Origin: Macrostomum lignano
Lineage: Eukaryota
Assembly: GCA_002269645.1 (NCBI GenBank)
Contig: NIVC01000707.1
Location: forward strand, 62,001-126,000
Direction: 5' to 3'
Length of the DNA stretch: 64,000 bases
Both the position numbers and the translations under genes were made by a program. Below are positions 63,025 to 64,000 of the stretch, one piece after another. Under the pieces are notes generated by a model. That model had not been told where the DNA came from, searched no databases, and worked only from the letters and a program-made list of their open reading frames with translations. Position 1 is the stretch's first letter. Each line of letters starts with the position of its first letter.

Positions 63025-63993
63025 ATGTACTCAGAAGAAAGCCTCAAGCAATTAGAGGATGACCTCCACCTCAGCGATTCTGACACTGATGAGTTCAATG
63101 ATGAGTCAGACGATGACTTGCCTGTCCCAGATCGCCAGCCAACAAAACCAAGTAAGCCCGGTCCAAAGCCCTGAATCGCCTCGGTTGTCACCCATCCACT
63201 GCCGCCATCCACCTCAGACACCCATCCTTCGCCACCGCCTACATCAGCCATTCACCTATCATCTGCCCGAGAAGAGAGAATTAAATTGCTCAAACGTCAC
63301 GCCAACGCTCCTGTCACTGTCTCCCCGGCCATCATTTAGCGCCAACCCCCTGACGCCTGGTCAGCGATTGTATTGACGACGAACGAAGCCCCTCAGCCAC
63401 CAATATGCCAGAGATTAGGCCCCCATCCTTCATCAACGCAGACAGAGCCTCATCCTCGCTCCTGATCTCCACCAAGGCAGCCTGAGAAGCCACTAGTAAC
63501 CCCGCCACCGACGTACGGAGTTTGTTCTATGAATCAGCCACACCCTCGCAATATGCCACCAATCAAGATAGAGCCACTAGACTCTGGCGTGCCACCTCTG
63601 ATGGCAGGATTTGTCCGGCAAGGTCAGCCGCTGCAAGAAATTGGCAGAAACTTTACTCAAGCCATTGAGAGCCTGCCCAAAGCTCAACGTGCTGATTTTC
63701 GCCGCCTGATTATGGCTATGAAGCTTTACCTGATTCATGCCGGAAAATTTCGTGATGGCCAAGAGTTTCCTCAGCGTGAGACTCTGCGACCAGTACTAAA
63801 TAATTTGCGCCAGCTACCACCAGTACACGCGGTTGCCGCCTGGAGGCCCGCAGTGCATTATGCGCTGTCTGACCTTTGCTGCGGACCGCGCCGATTCAAC
63901 AAAGCAAGTCTGCAGATCAAAATCTGCTGGCTTGGCCAGGAATGTGGCTGGCTGCATCGCCACCGACTGCCCGGCAAATTCAATATGTTTTAG
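63025..63993 (+). pseudogene. Interrupted ORF of about 322 codons downstream of Gypsy-2 pol (putative accessory ORF3)
   Basis: ATG 63025 is in frame with the 154-aa ORF 63529-63993. Three internal stops at 63172 (TGA), 63337 (TAG) and 63463 (TGA). Acidic N-terminus, Pro-rich middle and a C-terminal C-x14-C-x5-C-x3-H motif. Confidence 0.5.
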
Positions 63994-64000
63994 TAACTGA

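Overview
Repeat-rich animal genomic DNA with GT-AG introns, GC-rich exons, poly-Gln/Ala/His tracts and many minisatellites. The style suggests a free-living flatworm such as Macrostomum, which is an inference only. Host genes reconstructed by hand: (1) an 11-exon TRAK/Milton mitochondrial trafficking adaptor (+, 2629-15320, 963 aa); (2) an intronless orphan 2-TM protein (-, 25429-26160); (3) a 14-exon SLC5A3/SMIT-like sodium:solute symporter (+, 27078-36213) with a 1-nt deletion in exon 11; (4) an intronless class A GPCR (+, 43939-45063); (5) a frameshifted C2H2 zinc-finger gene or exon (-, about 50994-51576). Mobile DNA: two tRNA-derived SINE families (one a CORE-SINE), a LINE RT fragment, a deleted Ngaro/DIRS-type element, a hAT-like MITE fragment and a long fold-back palindrome. 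From 52.2 kb to the end lie an intact-ORF Gypsy (-), a left-truncated mariner (+) and a decayed Gypsy (+) followed by an unexplained extra ORF with a CCCH-like motif. More than 20 tandem arrays are present, including about 10 kb of six adjacent satellites (15.6-25.3 kb), plus a 936-N gap. No CRISPR, rRNA or true tRNA gene was found. All family assignments are from motif recognition, not database searches.
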